A stretch of 64,000 nt of DNA from Mobula hypostoma (Eukaryota). Below the pieces are notes generated by a model. The model saw only the letters and a program-made list of their open reading frames with translations, had not been told where the DNA came from and did not search any database. The translations under genes and the position numbers were made by a program. The stretch spans positions 38,380,001 through 38,444,000 of the forward strand of contig NC_086108.1 of the NCBI RefSeq assembly GCF_963921235.1, written 5' to 3'. Position 1 is the stretch's first letter; each line of letters opens with the position of its first letter. Below, piece after piece: positions 50,809 through 64,000 of the stretch.

Positions 50809-50894
50809 TTTAAAGTCAAAGTGATAATGTTTTCAGGAACATCAAAGCAGCCCATTGGCACTACAACAGCAATGAGCTTGGGATGTTGGTGTGT

Positions 50895-51382
50895 GTAGGA
50901 GGTTCACGAGGATGATTCCAGAAATGAAGGGGTTCAAATATGAGGAGTCTCTGGCAGCTTTGGTCCTGTATTCACTGGAAGTTCGAAGAGTGTGAGGAGA
51001 CCTCATTGAAACCTACCAAATGTTGAAAGGACCAGATAGACTGGATATGGAGAGGATGCTTCCTATTAAGGGAGTATCCAGAACTAGAAGGCACAGCCTC
51101 AAAATTCAGGGGTGACCTTTTAGGGGAGGCAAGGAGGACTTCTTTTAGCTAGAGAGTGGTGAATATGTGGAATGCTCTACCACAGACTTTGGTGGAGGCC
51201 AAGTTCATAGGTATATTTAAGTCAGAAGTTGATAGTTTCCTGATCGGTCAGGGCGTCAACAGATATGGCGAGAAGGCAGGTGTATATGGTTGAGAGGGAT
51301 CCTGGATCAGCCATGATGAAATGGCAGAGCAGACTCAATGGGCTAAATGGCGTAATTCCGCCATGTCTAATCACCTTATGAA
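50895..51382 (+). mobile_element. CR1 3' fragment
   Basis: aggaggttcacgaggatgattccag ... ggatcagccatgatgaaatggcagagcagactcaatgggctaaatggc. Confidence 0.8.
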
Positions 51383-51557
51383 ATACAGGCAACAACCCTA
51401 ATAAGAACAGTATAAATGTCTTTAAGGGACATTCCAGTCCAAAGTTGTCAGAAATTGTTGAAAGAATTCAAGTGAACTGTTAACATACGGAACACATTAT
51501 TTGAAGGGGCATGGAGGATTGCACCAAAAGGGAAATAGCATATGAGAATGTGGGCTG

Positions 51558-51870
51558 CAGGGTAACATAGCGGTTAACAACATCACTTTACAAAACCCAG
51601 AGATCATTGATTGGGCTTTGATTCCTGCCTGTTTGTACGGAGTTTGTACGTTCACCCCATGATCGTGTCGATTTCCTCCAGGTGCTCCAGTTTCCTCCCA
51701 CATTCTAAAAGATATATGGTAAGGGTTAAAGTTGCGGACATCCAATTTGGTTCCAAAAGTGTGACAACACTTGTTGACCGCCCCTACCACAAATCTCTGC
51801 TGATTTTATTCAATGCAGATGACGTATTTCATTGCATGATTTGATGTGCATGTGACAAATAAAGCTAACC
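51558..51870 (+). mobile_element. V-domain SINE
   Basis: tRNA-like head, ggagtttgtacgttcacccc..ggtgctccagtttcctcccacattctaaaaga core, tail gtgacaaataaagcta. Confidence 0.8.
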
Positions 51871-52404
51871 CATTTTTCCCTTTAATACTGATGTACAAGT
51901 GATGGAGGCTGAACAACTTTCCATTTATCAATTCCATTCAGATTATGGTTCTATGCAAGGTGGAACTGTGCAGTAAAAAAAGATTAAGAAAAGAAATGGA
52001 GAAAAGAGACAGACTTGTTTGACCCTCAGCCTTCACTAGAGATAAATCCGTGAATCCTGCAGAACCAGATCTCTGAGGGCACTGGAAACCGAGAAACATT
52101 CTCTCTCAGATGATATTCTTTAAGATTTTCTAATAAGGTCAAACAAAGCCAGGTACACTGGTAGATGCTGCCCCTGCTTTTCTCTGAAAGTGTTTGTGCC
52201 ACAGAGAACATAAGATGGACAAAATCTATATTGCGATTCACAGAGTAGCTCTTTGGCCATTAGGAAGATGTGAGTATGGAGGACTCTTGTGAAAAGTTCT
52301 CCTGTAGTAGAAAGAAAAGGAAGTTGTCTGTCGTAACTACAATGAAACTCTTCTTTCTGAAGGCAGCCAGGCTACAAGCATCTCCTACATCCCTTGGCAT
52401 ATCC

Positions 52405-52476
52405 TCATCCTCCTGGGACCGGCTCAAAGGAAATCAGAATTACACATGTTGTTGTCCGTGCATCGATACTCAGATC
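52405..52476 (-). CDS. Candidate stop-containing (terminal) exon
   Basis: Strong acceptor tttgtttcgttttcatttttacag; phase 0 DLSIDARTTTCVILISFEPVPGG*, or phase 1 (G)SEYRCTDNNMCNSDFL* (stop 52424-52426). Confidence 0.3.
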   Translation of the reverse strand, partial: DLSIDARTTTCVILISFEPVPGG

Positions 52477-52777
52477 CTGTAAAAATGAAAACGAAACAAA
52501 TGAGATGAGGTACAGGAACCCAACATATGGTAGATTTGGAAATATTTGCAGTGAAGGGTTTTGCAGGTTGACAAGATATGAAACTGAGCTAATTTGTGTT
52601 TGATTAAACAAATATTGCTTTCTATATTATGTATGCCTCAAATCCAATTCAAAAGCATGAACTATTAACATAATTTAATATATTTTGCAGATATAGTGAA
52701 AGGTTTAGATTGGTTTGACACATCTTGGAAAGGAAAAGAATGTCATGGTGCACATGAAGGTATCTTTATAAGCCAGC

Positions 52778-53148
52778 TGTATCACGATATGACCTTGATA
52801 CTGTGACGTTCTGGGTGGGGGCATGGTCGACAGCCCGCCCCTGCATTTCTAATGACCAGCACTGTTTATTGTTCTTGTATTAAAATGCTTTTATAGGATT
52901 AGGGTGGGAAGTTCCAGTTCATTTATTGTTACATTTTAGCATGGGTTATACAGTTATTTGCTTGTGTATTTGTGGATCACACTGACTGTAACCGGGGTGT
53001 GTGATGGTCACCTCCCCCGTCGGTGTGAGACTGGTTGGGTTTACCCTCCGGGTCATGGTACCTGGTTTGTTTGTGTCTATCACAATAAAACTGTTGTTGA
53101 GTTAAAGAGTTTCCTCATCTGTCATTATAGACCAAATGCTCGCCACAA
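52778..53148 (+). mobile_element. Probable solo LTR
   Basis: TGT start, ..tcgccaca end, AATAAA at ~53084, LTR-like composition. Confidence 0.45.
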
Positions 53149-53891
53149 TACGTTGTTCTACAAAAACCACTGATCAGCTTGGAATGACTGCATTCATTAA
53201 AGAGTGTTCTGTCACATGCTCTACCAGTCAGTCACACCCAAAAAAATACAGAAAGACTAAAGTGTTGTTTCATTATAGTCCCCTGATACTCCTTCAAAAG
53301 TTCCATTTCACATAAAAGAAATAGAAGACTCAATATTTGCTCTCAAAATTTTCCTCAACGTGTTCACTGTCTGTGGGTACACCATCTTCACAGTATCTAC
53401 CAATGTGTTTGTGTGTAGGTACTGGAGATTTTCACAATATGGGTGCAATAATTGAATTGTATCTTGAATCAGTCCCTGCTTTTCCTTAGGAGGCAGCACA
53501 GTTTTGTTTCAGCTGTACATTAAATGCATGGTAGCTGCAGCAACTCTGGCCTGCATCATGAAATGGAGCTTCATAAGGAATGGTACTGACTGGGACAAAG
53601 TGACTCCAAGGCTCAAGATAATCCAGTAAAAGAAAGCAGAGAAGGTGAGAAATCTATCACAAGGGTAGGAAACGCTTTAGTCACGAAGCCAGTAAGGACT
53701 GATCCTTCAGTTAATGCACTTAATCTAGACTCAAGAATCCTGCCACGTGAGATTTTATGGTCAAAGTCAGTGAATGCACCAAAATCATCAGCCGCCTCAA
53801 AGATTACTATATTTGCCAATTTTTGTCAGTGACCTACAAGCCATCTTTTTCGGGATTCACAGACAGCAATCACATGTTACACCTCACATAC

Positions 53892-53962
53892 CAACATTTG
53901 GCTCAACAACCACATCTTGAATTTTGCATATATTCCCAAGAGCATAACCATGACAAATACAA
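53892..53962 (-). CDS. Candidate 71-nt exon
   Basis: cctctgttattgcctccag|TTGTATTTG...AAATGTTG|gtatgtga; two open frames. Confidence 0.2.
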
Positions 53963-54369
53963 CTGGAGGCAATAACAGAGGATGGGTGTGGCTGCAATAC
54001 ATTACCCTGTGGAGGGGAGAATACTCAGTGTACAAACACTGGTACCACGGATGGCACTGAAATGAAAGTAGATGACAGCAACTGCATATCCAAAACCTCC
54101 CCTCACCTTCCCACAATCTCTTCACACAAAAAAGTTGAAAATGGTGTGACTATTATTTACAGTGCCTGCTTTGGCCCTCTTCACTTAATACTACTCATGC
54201 TTTTCTTCTTCTAAGCCACAGACAACTGAAAACTCACATTGTTGTAATAACAACAGTAGAGGTACACATACTTGTAAGATGTAAAGTAGTCCGGCAAACT
54301 GTCCTAACCAGACTGATGGGACTGAGGCACATCCCCAAGGGAACATGAGATTTCATGATGGTTTCAGAA

Positions 54370-54680
54370 TTTGGCCATTTGGCCAGCTGAGACATTGTTG
54401 ACTTTCAGCATCAATCTATTCCCCACTTACTTTCCTGAAAATTAATCTCACCCATACAACCCTGATTCTCATACCATCCACTTAAGCTGAAATGAGAGTA
54501 AATTATCCCTCATGTCTTTGGGATGTGGGAGAAATGTGGAAGGAAACCAGGACATTTGGATAAAACCCACACAGGTAGAGTTAGAACATGAAACATTCAC
54601 ACAGAAAGTAGTACAGGGCAGGACTGAATAGGAACTGTAAGGCAGCAACACTAAATATTCGGCCACGGAGTCACTCACAA
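54370..54680 (-). mobile_element. V-domain SINE
   Basis: atgtctttgggatgtgggagaaa..ggaaaccag reverse core. Confidence 0.6.
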
Positions 54681-56474
54681 CTTCAACATATTGGCATACA
54701 TCCTCACATCACTACAACTCTACCAACACCTTACGGTTGCCCATCAGTTATTCAATAAACTGTTGCCACAACAGATCTGCAAGCTGCCAAAAGCAACTTG
54801 CAAGCCCCACCACTGAAAGTCAACAAATATCCTCTAGCCTAAAACCTCAAGGACAAGCAAAAAGCATGAGAGAACCAAGAGAACACAAAGGAACATTAGC
54901 CATTGTTTCTGCAAAACATGTTCTACTTTTCCCCACTTATTGTGTAATGACTTCAATGTGTGCAGAGTGTCAAAGCCAGTAAGGTGATGACCAGCATCAG
55001 AGGGAAGCAGAATGCGGGGTTGCTGATCAACAAGCATATGGAACAGCATAGTCAGCCTGACCAGAAAGAGGCCACCTCCTCAGATTTTCTGCCTGATTCT
55101 AAGGTAAGCACATATGAAAGTTGCACCAAGTGATCACCACAAATACTAACAGCTCTCAGCTCTACACTGGAGGGTTGCTTCAGCATGTTAATAGTCTACT
55201 GTAATACATTGCAAACATAGTTATTGTTTCATGCCTGTAGGAATTACACACACATACAGATATAAGCCCACTGGGAAGTTTCACCTTTTAGTTTACCTCG
55301 ATAGTTCAAATACAAATGGCATTAATGACTGGCATTGACCGATATAATAAGTTTTGCACTCTTTCCATTTTCCTTTTCACTTCTTGTTTTCATTATTCAC
55401 CTTTCCTTTTTATTTCTTTTACAAATTGTTCTTTTAAAATATCTTGTTTGCTTATTTTATTAATCCCATATTTTTTGGTGCAAATTGTACCAAATACATG
55501 TTTAAACACCAACCGGACAGCGATTCCTTTATTTTTGATCTGGAAACTGACATGTAGCAAGCACGAAGAAACTCGCCTGAAGCAAACCTGTCTGCAGTAA
55601 TGACACCTTGCACCATAGGAAAACCTGTACTTCTCAATAATTCACTTCAATTGCTTATCTCTGCTAGAAAATAAATAGTAATGAACTTGCTCCTTGCATA
55701 GCAATGAAGGCAAGTACTGTAAATAACTCCTCCTAAAAGTCGAGAAGCAGGTCAAAACCGAAATATTCTTGGCCAGGGACACTTTGACATTCTTGGGAAT
55801 GCAGTTCTTATTGAAGAAAAAGGCAGATTTCAGGTTAAAACTTTCTTGCTGAAGTACACTCATCTCACATAGTTTCTGATGAAACTGAGGTCAGAGAGTT
55901 CACTATTAACATGTGACCTCTCACTTGGATCTTGGCTTCTCTCTCCAGATAACTATCTAGCAACTTGTCCAGCTCTGTGTGATCTCTTACCCCATCTTGC
56001 CCTCTTATGCTATCTCAGAGGGAATGCCTTTCAATCCATCCGAACCCAAAGGCAACAGATTTGAGCATAGGTTTGAAGTCAGGACAGAGCCATCCAGCAA
56101 CACCCATATCGCTATGAAGACATTAGCAACTTTAAAACAACTGTAGAAACCATCAGACCTCTGTAGAATCACAAGTAGCAGCTGATATGAAAAGCAATTA
56201 ACCTGACAGCGACTGATGATCCCTTCAGAGAAGAGAGATCTTTACATTCCAACATAACATAAAAAGAGCCTATTCACGCCATCTTTCTGGACCTGTGCGA
56301 TAGCCCACTATTTAACTTTTTTAACTATATTCGTTTGTTTGTATTCACACTCTCCAACTACCTACATTTCAAAATGTTTTGCTCAGCTTTTCTCTCTCCC
56401 ACGAAGCTATCAAAAAGAATAATAATTTCTGCAGCATCCCACGGCATTTCTGGCTTTACCCAATATTCTAAACA

Positions 56475-56712
56475 CAATAGATCTTGTAGATGCTGGAAAT
56501 CCAGAGCAACACACAGAAAATGCTATGGAACACACACAAAATGCTGGAGGAACTCAGCAGGCCAGGATAGACCAGGATACTCTATGGAAAAGAGTAAACA
56601 GTCGAACATCAACTGTTTACTCTTTTCCATTGATGCTGCCAGACCTGCTGAGTTCCTCTGGCATTTTGTACGTGTTGCTTTGGATTTCCAACAACTGCAA
56701 ATTTTCTCATGT
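56475..56712. repeat. Palindromic Penelope-terminus-derived element
   Basis: Same inverted arms as 25910-26112. Confidence 0.75.
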
Positions 56713-58059
56713 CAGGAAAATACTATATTCCTTTTTTTTTTGACCCATCCAACCCTAATCCTGCCAGGAATTTTTTTTTTTTAAATTCCCGAAAGTCCTT
56801 TCTCCTGAACAGGTAACTTAGCTTCCCTTTCCAGAAATGCTGCTCAACCAATTTAATGTTTCCTGCATTTCTTTATCTTTATACCAGCTTGTCTATGGGA
56901 TGTTGGAGGAAACTGGAGCATCATAAGGAAACTCAAATGGCCTCAAGGAGAATGCGCACATTTGACACAGGTACAATCAAAGGTCAGAATCGAAGCAGGA
57001 TCACTGCAGCCCACCAGCAGTTCTACAAGCTGCAGCGACACTCTGCCGCTGAAGATGTATACTACTATGGGAGATTAAAAGAGGGTGTTATATAATGGTT
57101 TTTGACACTAAGATGGTAGCACAAATGCAACTTCACCTTGCATACCTGTCAGAAATAGACAACATTGTGAAATATACAATATACAACATTTCACTATGTT
57201 GCATACTTCTGACAGGCATCAACTGTGGACAATGCTACATACTCTGCAAGTTGGTGTCTGGCGCCTCTTTTATCACCAATTATTCCATGTCGGTTTCATT
57301 TGGATTGAGTGATCAGTATTAAATTATATGTGTATTTGTCACATTCAAAAATAGTGCAAGTATTGGTTTAGGTCTAATATAATCGCTGAACATTCGACTC
57401 TCTGACATTTTATCTTATTAACTGAGCAAGTAATTAGAAGTGCAAAATAATTACACATACTGCTGACTGTTCCATAAACCAATTCCTTGCCAGCTGAAAA
57501 GTACTTCAGAATCTCTTCCAGGGATTAATTTGTTTGTTGCATGCAACCTTCATTTACCTCATTTATTCCATGTTCTGCTTCCATTTATTAGCTTATTGCA
57601 TTTTCTCTTTGTCCATTTCTCATTCAAATTCTTTTAAACAATATTTGTTCATAACTTTCATCCATGTTCATTTTCAATATTTAATTTTAAAAAAGGATTA
57701 TACTGGAACACCAAACCTGGATTTAACTAGTCCGATCACCTAGCTGTACTTCTACTCCCAGTTTACAGTCAGAGACTAAAGACCTCAGCATCAGTGCTGA
57801 GGACCATGAAAGTGTGATCACGGGAGGCAGAGGAGCATTTACAGGGCTGTTTGAGTCAGTGGACTTGACAATATTCAGGGATTCATCTTCAAGTCAGCAT
57901 GAATGGGTTGTCACCGACTTCATCAAGACCTGTGAGGGTGAGTGTGTGCCTTCACACACCCAAAACAAAAGCCATGTATGAACTAGGAGAAACAATTACA
58001 CTGTGGTCACCTGGACATCCACCAAATGAAGGCCCTGGCGAAAAGCTTTGTGTACTGGC

Positions 58060-59290
58060 CGGGCATAGAAGACGATATCACATGTGTATGCAGGTAGTGT
58101 ACTCAATGTTCTATGGCAGCAAAGAATTCAAGTAAAGCCAATCCACAATCATGGCCTCAGGTTACTAGGCTTGGAGTTGGGTATATATTGACTTTGTTGG
58201 CTCAATCAACCGGTGTACCTACCTTGTCCTGGTTGATGCCTATTCCAAGTGGCCAGAGGTATTATCTATGAAATCAACAACAGAGGCTACCGTTCAACAT
58301 TTGTTTTTGACAATGGCAGTCAACTGAGTTCACAGCAGTTTTCTGCATTCTGCCAGATCAGCAGAATCATCCCCAGTCCAACAGTTATGCAGAGAGTTTT
58401 TGGATACATTCAAAGGGTCACTTCTGAAATCAGGAGGGGAAGGAGCATCGGCAAAGGCTCTCAACACATTTCTACTGACAAATCAGATTACACCACATCC
58501 AGCCCTCAAGGGGAAGTCCTCAGATGAAGTGCTTTTGGAAAGAAAACTGTGCACAGTGTTTAATGCAATGCTGCCACAGCATCCAATATCCGAGACAGCA
58601 GATGGTCAGGTGCACAAAGGCACCCATACGGAGCTTGATCAATGGGTGAAGTCATTCAAGCCCAGAGCTGCAGTGCGAGCCACACAGTATTACAATGTTC
58701 AAGACCCCCTGGGTACCAGGTTAGATTGTCAAATGAATGGGGTAAGTTCTCTATTAAGTTGTCATCGCCACATCAACCAGCTGTGGCCATACGCTCCTGC
58801 TGAAGGCACACCAGGTTCATTGGGCACATCAAAAAGAGTTGCACGTTCATCTCCTCCCGGAAGGGTTCTATTTACCACGACCAAACTAACCATCAGTGCC
58901 AGCACAGCCACAAGCAACATTGTGACAAGAAGCCAACAGCCTACAACCATTAAGGACCAATTGTCAGCGCAAGCCAGTTGTTCCAATCCAAATCAACACT
59001 CAGCACAAATCCTATAGGCAATCATCTTCAAGAGGGAGGGATTTTGGTTAACCAAAACAGACAACACTTATTGGTCAGCTGACAACCAATTCCTGGCCGA
59101 CTTTCACTGATTTGTCATTGTTACTATCAACATCTCAAATATTCTTGCACAAGCCATTTAGCTAGTCACACGATGGGACGTACTATTGAGTTTTGAGATT
59201 TTTGTAGTTGTGGGGCTTTACTAAATAAAGGTTTATATTATTTTCTGGCTTTGATCTATCTCCTGACTTTGGGTCTCATCGGTAGTTACA
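58060..59290 (+). mobile_element. Gypsy integrase remnant, PPT and 3' LTR
   Basis: 58170-58262 encodes WSWVYIDFVGSIN..TYLVLVDAYSKWPEV; DNGSQLSSQQF; purine tract agagggaggga at ~59030; LTR-like block ending ggtagttaca. Confidence 0.75.
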
Positions 59291-59944
59291 GGCAAGCAAA
59301 CATAACAGACTCCCAGCATAAAGGGCATCGATTTCATTAGTTTTCATAATCTATTAGTATGAATTACACAGGAAATTAACTATAATTGTGTCATTTACAT
59401 TGTTTTTCACTTCCACTTATTATTGATTTTGTTTTACACCATCCATCCATTTTCTTCCAGTAATCAAGTTTGAACTCTGCATTTGTTACCTCCCTCATTG
59501 TGGTCTACAGACTTAATTAGTTGATGCACAGAAGTGCATGCAGCATAATACTTCAGGCTCTTCAACCTGAAATGCTAGCCATCTCTCTTTTCCTACAGAT
59601 GCAGCCTGACCTGCTGAGTATTTCCATCATTTTCTAATTTCAGATTGCCACCATTTGCAGCACTTCTTGTTCATTTTCAGATCATGTCAGTATTCTTCTA
59701 TTAATGTGAACCCACACAGTCACTGATCAACCCACGCTTTCACTGGACTATACAGTATTTTTAAATTAGTCCATTTAATTAAAGTTTGGAATCAATGTCA
59801 GCACCAAAGTGTGTGGGAAAATGTATACCAGAGATCAAAGTGCCTACCGGCCCTCCTCCAATTGGATGAAATTAGAAGAAATTAGTGACTTGATCTGCAG
59901 CAAATGTATAGTAAAATGTCGTCAATTATCAAACAATCACATGT

Positions 59945-61725
59945 TAGAGTCATAGAATTACAGTACACTACATCACAGAAACAGCCCTTTTGGCCCATCT
60001 AGTCTGTGCTGAACCATTAGTCTGCCGAGTCCTGTCAATCTGCACCTGGACCATAGCCCTCCATACCCTTCTCATCCATGTAGCTAATCCTTAAATTTTG
60101 AAATCGACTCCACATCTACCACTTGTGCAGGCAGCTCATTCCACGCTCTCATTACCATCTAAGTGAAGAAGTTTCCCCTTAAACATTTCATCTTGAACCC
60201 TTAACCCATGGCCTCAAGTTGCTGTCTTGCTCAGTCTCAGTGGAAAAAGCCTTCAATTTTACCCCTCAATTAAGCATGCCGCTATCAAATCTCCTCTCAA
60301 TCTTCCTTATACATCAGGTCCTCAAGTCCTGACAATATCCTTGTAAATTTTCTCTGCACTATTTTAAACTTACTTACACCTTTCCTGTAGGTAGGTGAAC
60401 AAAACTGTGCGCAACACTCCAAGTTAGGCACGACCAACATCTTATACAATTTCAACATAACATCCCAACTCCTGTACACAATACATCAATTTATGTCCCA
60501 AAGGCTTTCTTTATGATCCTGTCTACCCATGGCACGACTTTCAAGGAATTATGAATCTGTATTCCCAGATCCCTCTGTTCTACTGCACTCCCCAGTGCCT
60601 TATCACTCACTATGTAAGCCCTAGTGGATCCTCTCAAACTGTAACACCTCCATCTGCCATTTTTCAGCCCATGTACCAGATCCCACTGCAAATTTGATAG
60701 TCTTCCTCGTAGTGCATTACACCCCTAATCCTGGTGTCATCTGCAAATTTGTTGATCCAGTTTACCACATTGTCATCCAGATTATTGATATAGATGGCAA
60801 ACAACAAGGGACTGATCTGTATGGTATTCCACTAATCACAGGCCTGCTGTCAGAGAGGTAACCATATACTACTGCGCTCTGGTTTCTCCCACAAAATCAA
60901 TGTCCAATCCAATTTACTACCTCATCCTGAATGCTGAGCAACTGAAGCTTCTTGACCAACCTCCCATGCGGGACCTTGTCAAATGCCATGCTAAAATCCA
61001 TGTAGACAACATCCACTGCCTTGCCTTCATTGACTTTCCTGCTAACTTCCTCAAAGAACTCTATAATGTTGGTTAAGCATGACCTATCACTCACAAAGCC
61101 AAGTTCTCTATCCCTAATCAGTCCGTCTATCTAAATACCTGTATATCTGGACTTCAGAATACCTTCCAATAACTTACTCACTACTCACGTCAGCCTAACG
61201 GGCTCTTCCAGCTTATTCTTAGAGCCTTTCTTAAAAAACTGAACATTAGTGATCCTCCAATCCTCTGGCACCTCACCTGTGACTAAGGATGTTTTAAATA
61301 TCTCTGTTTGGGTCCCTGAAATTTCTGCACGAACCTCCCACAGGATCCAAAGGAATGCCTTGTCAGGCCCTGGGGATTTATCCATCCTAATTTGCCTCAG
61401 GACAGCAAACACCACCTCCTCTGTAATCTGTATAGGGTCCATGACCTCACTGCTGCATTTCCCCACATCTACAGACTCTGTGCCCATCTCTCAAGCAAAT
61501 ACAGATGAAAGAAATCCATTTAAAGTCAATCACCCATATCTTTTGGCTCCACCTATATATTACCATTCTCATCTTGCAGAGGAACAATTTTGTTTCTTCC
61601 TATCCTTTTGCTCTTGATATATCTGCAGAAGCCCTTAGGATTCTGCTTCACCTTATCTACTAGAGTAACCTCATGTCTTCTTTTAGCCTCTTGAGTTGCT
61701 TCTCATGTTCTCTTGCATTTCTTAT
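59945..61725 (-). mobile_element. CR1 RT-to-3' fragment
   Basis: DKSPGPD, RSCLTNIIEFFEEV..VDVVYMDFSMAFDKVPHGRL, YRSWDVMLKLYK. Confidence 0.9.
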
Positions 61726-62298
61726 ACATATTATGTTGGCAAAACTAAACCCAAACAAGCAAAACTAACAAAACTACTAAAATAACTCATCTTTCCCCTA
61801 ACCAAGACCAATAGCTATTCAAAATTTACCGAATTTCTCAAACTGTTTTGCTCCTGATAAAGATAAGTAAAGCAGGTTTTTATATTGCCATTGAATGTTC
61901 ACTATGTCAACCAAAGCTAAGCCTACAAATCTGAATATGAGCAGTGTAAATATATAGAGAATTTACGAAAATAAAGTACCAAAATTGCACATGGTCTAAT
62001 GGAAAAAATTTTCATACATTGCAATTCCATGTTAGTTTTCCTAATGCCAGTGGAAAAGAGAATATGTAAAAAAATGAATGAACTCCAAAACATTTTCATT
62101 TCTTTAAAAACACAATTTCTATAAATTGAAGGCAACATTTCACTGCATTTTAAATTTTTTCTGGTAAATGAAAGATCCCCTAACACAGAATATCAGAAAA
62201 TATTACAAATAGATTCTTGTTGTTAAAATGTACATGTAAAACAGTTAAATGTCTTCCATGAGTCACTGCCTTCTACTGCATAGAAGGTCTCTTTCAAG

Positions 62299-62372
62299 CA
62301 GGGGTTCCCAACCTTTTTTTATGCCATAGACCCCTACTGAGGGTTCTGTGGACCCAAGGTTAGGAATCCCTG
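62299..62372. mobile_element. Short hAT-type MITE
   Basis: CAGGGGTTCCCAACC ... GGTTAGGAATCCCTG TIRs; imperfect 8-bp flanks ctttcaag / cttcagag. Confidence 0.7.
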
Positions 62373-63889
62373 CTTCAGAGTACAGCAACCAGATAACAAA
62401 AGAAATATGTAGCCAGAGAAGTGAACACGGTGGGACCCAATAAAACTGTAAATGTTTCAGACATTGTTAAAAATCTCAAGAATGGGATAAATGGAGTTGA
62501 AACAGGAAGCTGCAAAAGGAAAATAGGAAGTGTTTTTCAGGCATCAACTGTAGCACTGTGATGCAGTTAAATAAGACTATGTCACCACTGATTCTTAGAA
62601 CAGGAAGTAAAACTCATCCTTCCCATCTCTCCTATCATTAAAAAGCATCAAGCAGACTAACTTAAGAGTGCAACATGCACTGATCATTGTCTCAAGGAGA
62701 AGGTCTATAGACAGTGCGCACTATGCACAGTATTAAAACCTGTGAATGAAATCCTTCCCACCCAACCAAATCAATTTCATTCAATAATGCTTCTTGTATT
62801 TCACCATAAACACCATCTTTTGAGCTTCACAAACTCAATAAAGTTATTGAAGGGTGACTTTGGTTGCTGTATGGCCATGCAGAAATACTTGTGCTTTGTT
62901 GCCAATATAGTAGCAAATAGGGTAATGTCACATAAATGGTTTATTGACCACCAAACTGCAAAAGTCCTGGTAGCTGGTTGAGGGTTGATACCAAACAGTT
63001 TCTTTTTTGATAGCTTCAAAATGGAAAAAAAAAGTGTGCTATATTGTTAAGTCAGCACATTGTACTCTGCCACTGAAATTTTGTCCACTGGATATGAAAT
63101 TCAGTCAGTTGAATTCAAAATAAAAAACATTGATTCAGCTAAATAGTAATTTTAAACAACTGACTGAGAAGAAATTTCAAGACAGTGGTTTGTAAAAATA
63201 TGTCATAGAAAATATTTTTTTCCTGACCAGGTCTGTATGAGTGATCTTACCAGCAATTAGATGGTTCACTAAACTGATTCCTGGAATGATGTAATTTTCT
63301 TGTAGTGAGAGATTGAATGTGACTGTCCCCTATTCACTGAAATTTAGAAGAATGCAAGATGATCTTATTATGACATATGAGATAGGAGTTACAGTACTCT
63401 GTGATGAGCTTTATTGGAGATGGTGGCAAATGTTTGTTCCCTTTGGCTACAGAAGCTAGAAATCAGAGGCAGAATGGCAAGATAACAGATAGCAAGTAGA
63501 GAAATATCTTCTTGCAAAGGGTTGTATATCTTCAAAATTCTCTGCCTTCAATATCAATGAATACTCACGTCCATGCCTGTACTTAAAGCTGGGGTTAGTG
63601 AATTAGTTGTCTATCACGAAGATAACAGATCTGACAGGTACCCAAGAACAGTATCAGCCAGTTTCCTCGTCAACTCACATACCATCCTTTCTTGGAAATA
63701 TCTCTTTCCTTCATTGTCGCCAAGCCTAGCGGAATACCAACCTAGCAACATTCTCTAAACACCTTCACGACAAGGACCACAGAGATTCCAGAAGGCCTGA
63801 ATAAACATTGTTTGACAAGACAACTTGAGAATATGGGGCATGGACAGGCGAATGAACTGAAAGCAGATATTAACTCTGACCTTACTTAG

Positions 63890-64000
63890 TGACCATAAGA
63901 CATTGGAGCAGTATTAGGCCATTTGGCCCATCAAGCCTTCTCTGCTATTCCATCATGGCTGATTTATTTTCCCCCTTAACCTCCTGCCTTCTCCCTGTAA
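63890..64000 (-). mobile_element. CR1 3' end running off the window
   Basis: accataagacattggagcagtattaggccatttggcccatc, as at 2460 and 30345. Confidence 0.8.

Noticed and set aside
56208..56240. CTGATGA motif as another hammerhead or C/D box
   Set aside because: No GAAA, cleavage triplet or complementary stems in register nearby.
1..64000. CRISPR array, tRNA/rRNA genes or prokaryotic operon
   Set aside because: No regularly spaced repeat-spacer pattern; tRNA-like pieces are SINE heads; the content is vertebrate transposon-rich DNA.

Overview
Repeat-rich (~40% GC) vertebrate genomic DNA. The repeat set (CR1 with esterase ORF1, Rex1/Babar, V-domain SINEs, Deu-domain SINEs, Penelope ends) points to a cartilaginous fish, probably a ray or skate (inference). 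No complete host gene is present. The window looks like intronic sequence of a large minus-strand gene, with a few splice-site-flanked candidate exons, including a 6-nt microexon at 194-199; I could not name the gene. Most listed ORFs are decayed transposon fragments: CR1, Rex1/Babar, L1, Hero (RLE-type), Penelope, Gypsy, Tc1, Tigger/pogo, hAT MITEs and Chapaev3. The most striking observation is in the 3' UTR of the Hero retrotransposon (50431-50503). All the hammerhead-ribozyme core motifs are there (GUC, GAAA, CUGAUGA with complementary stems I and III), but in a strand order that matches none of hammerhead types I, II or III. Stem III is extended through a consensus kink-turn, giving a candidate pseudoknotted, k-turn-containing hammerhead variant. 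Repeat boundaries were read by eye and are approximate unless a TSD or TIR is cited.
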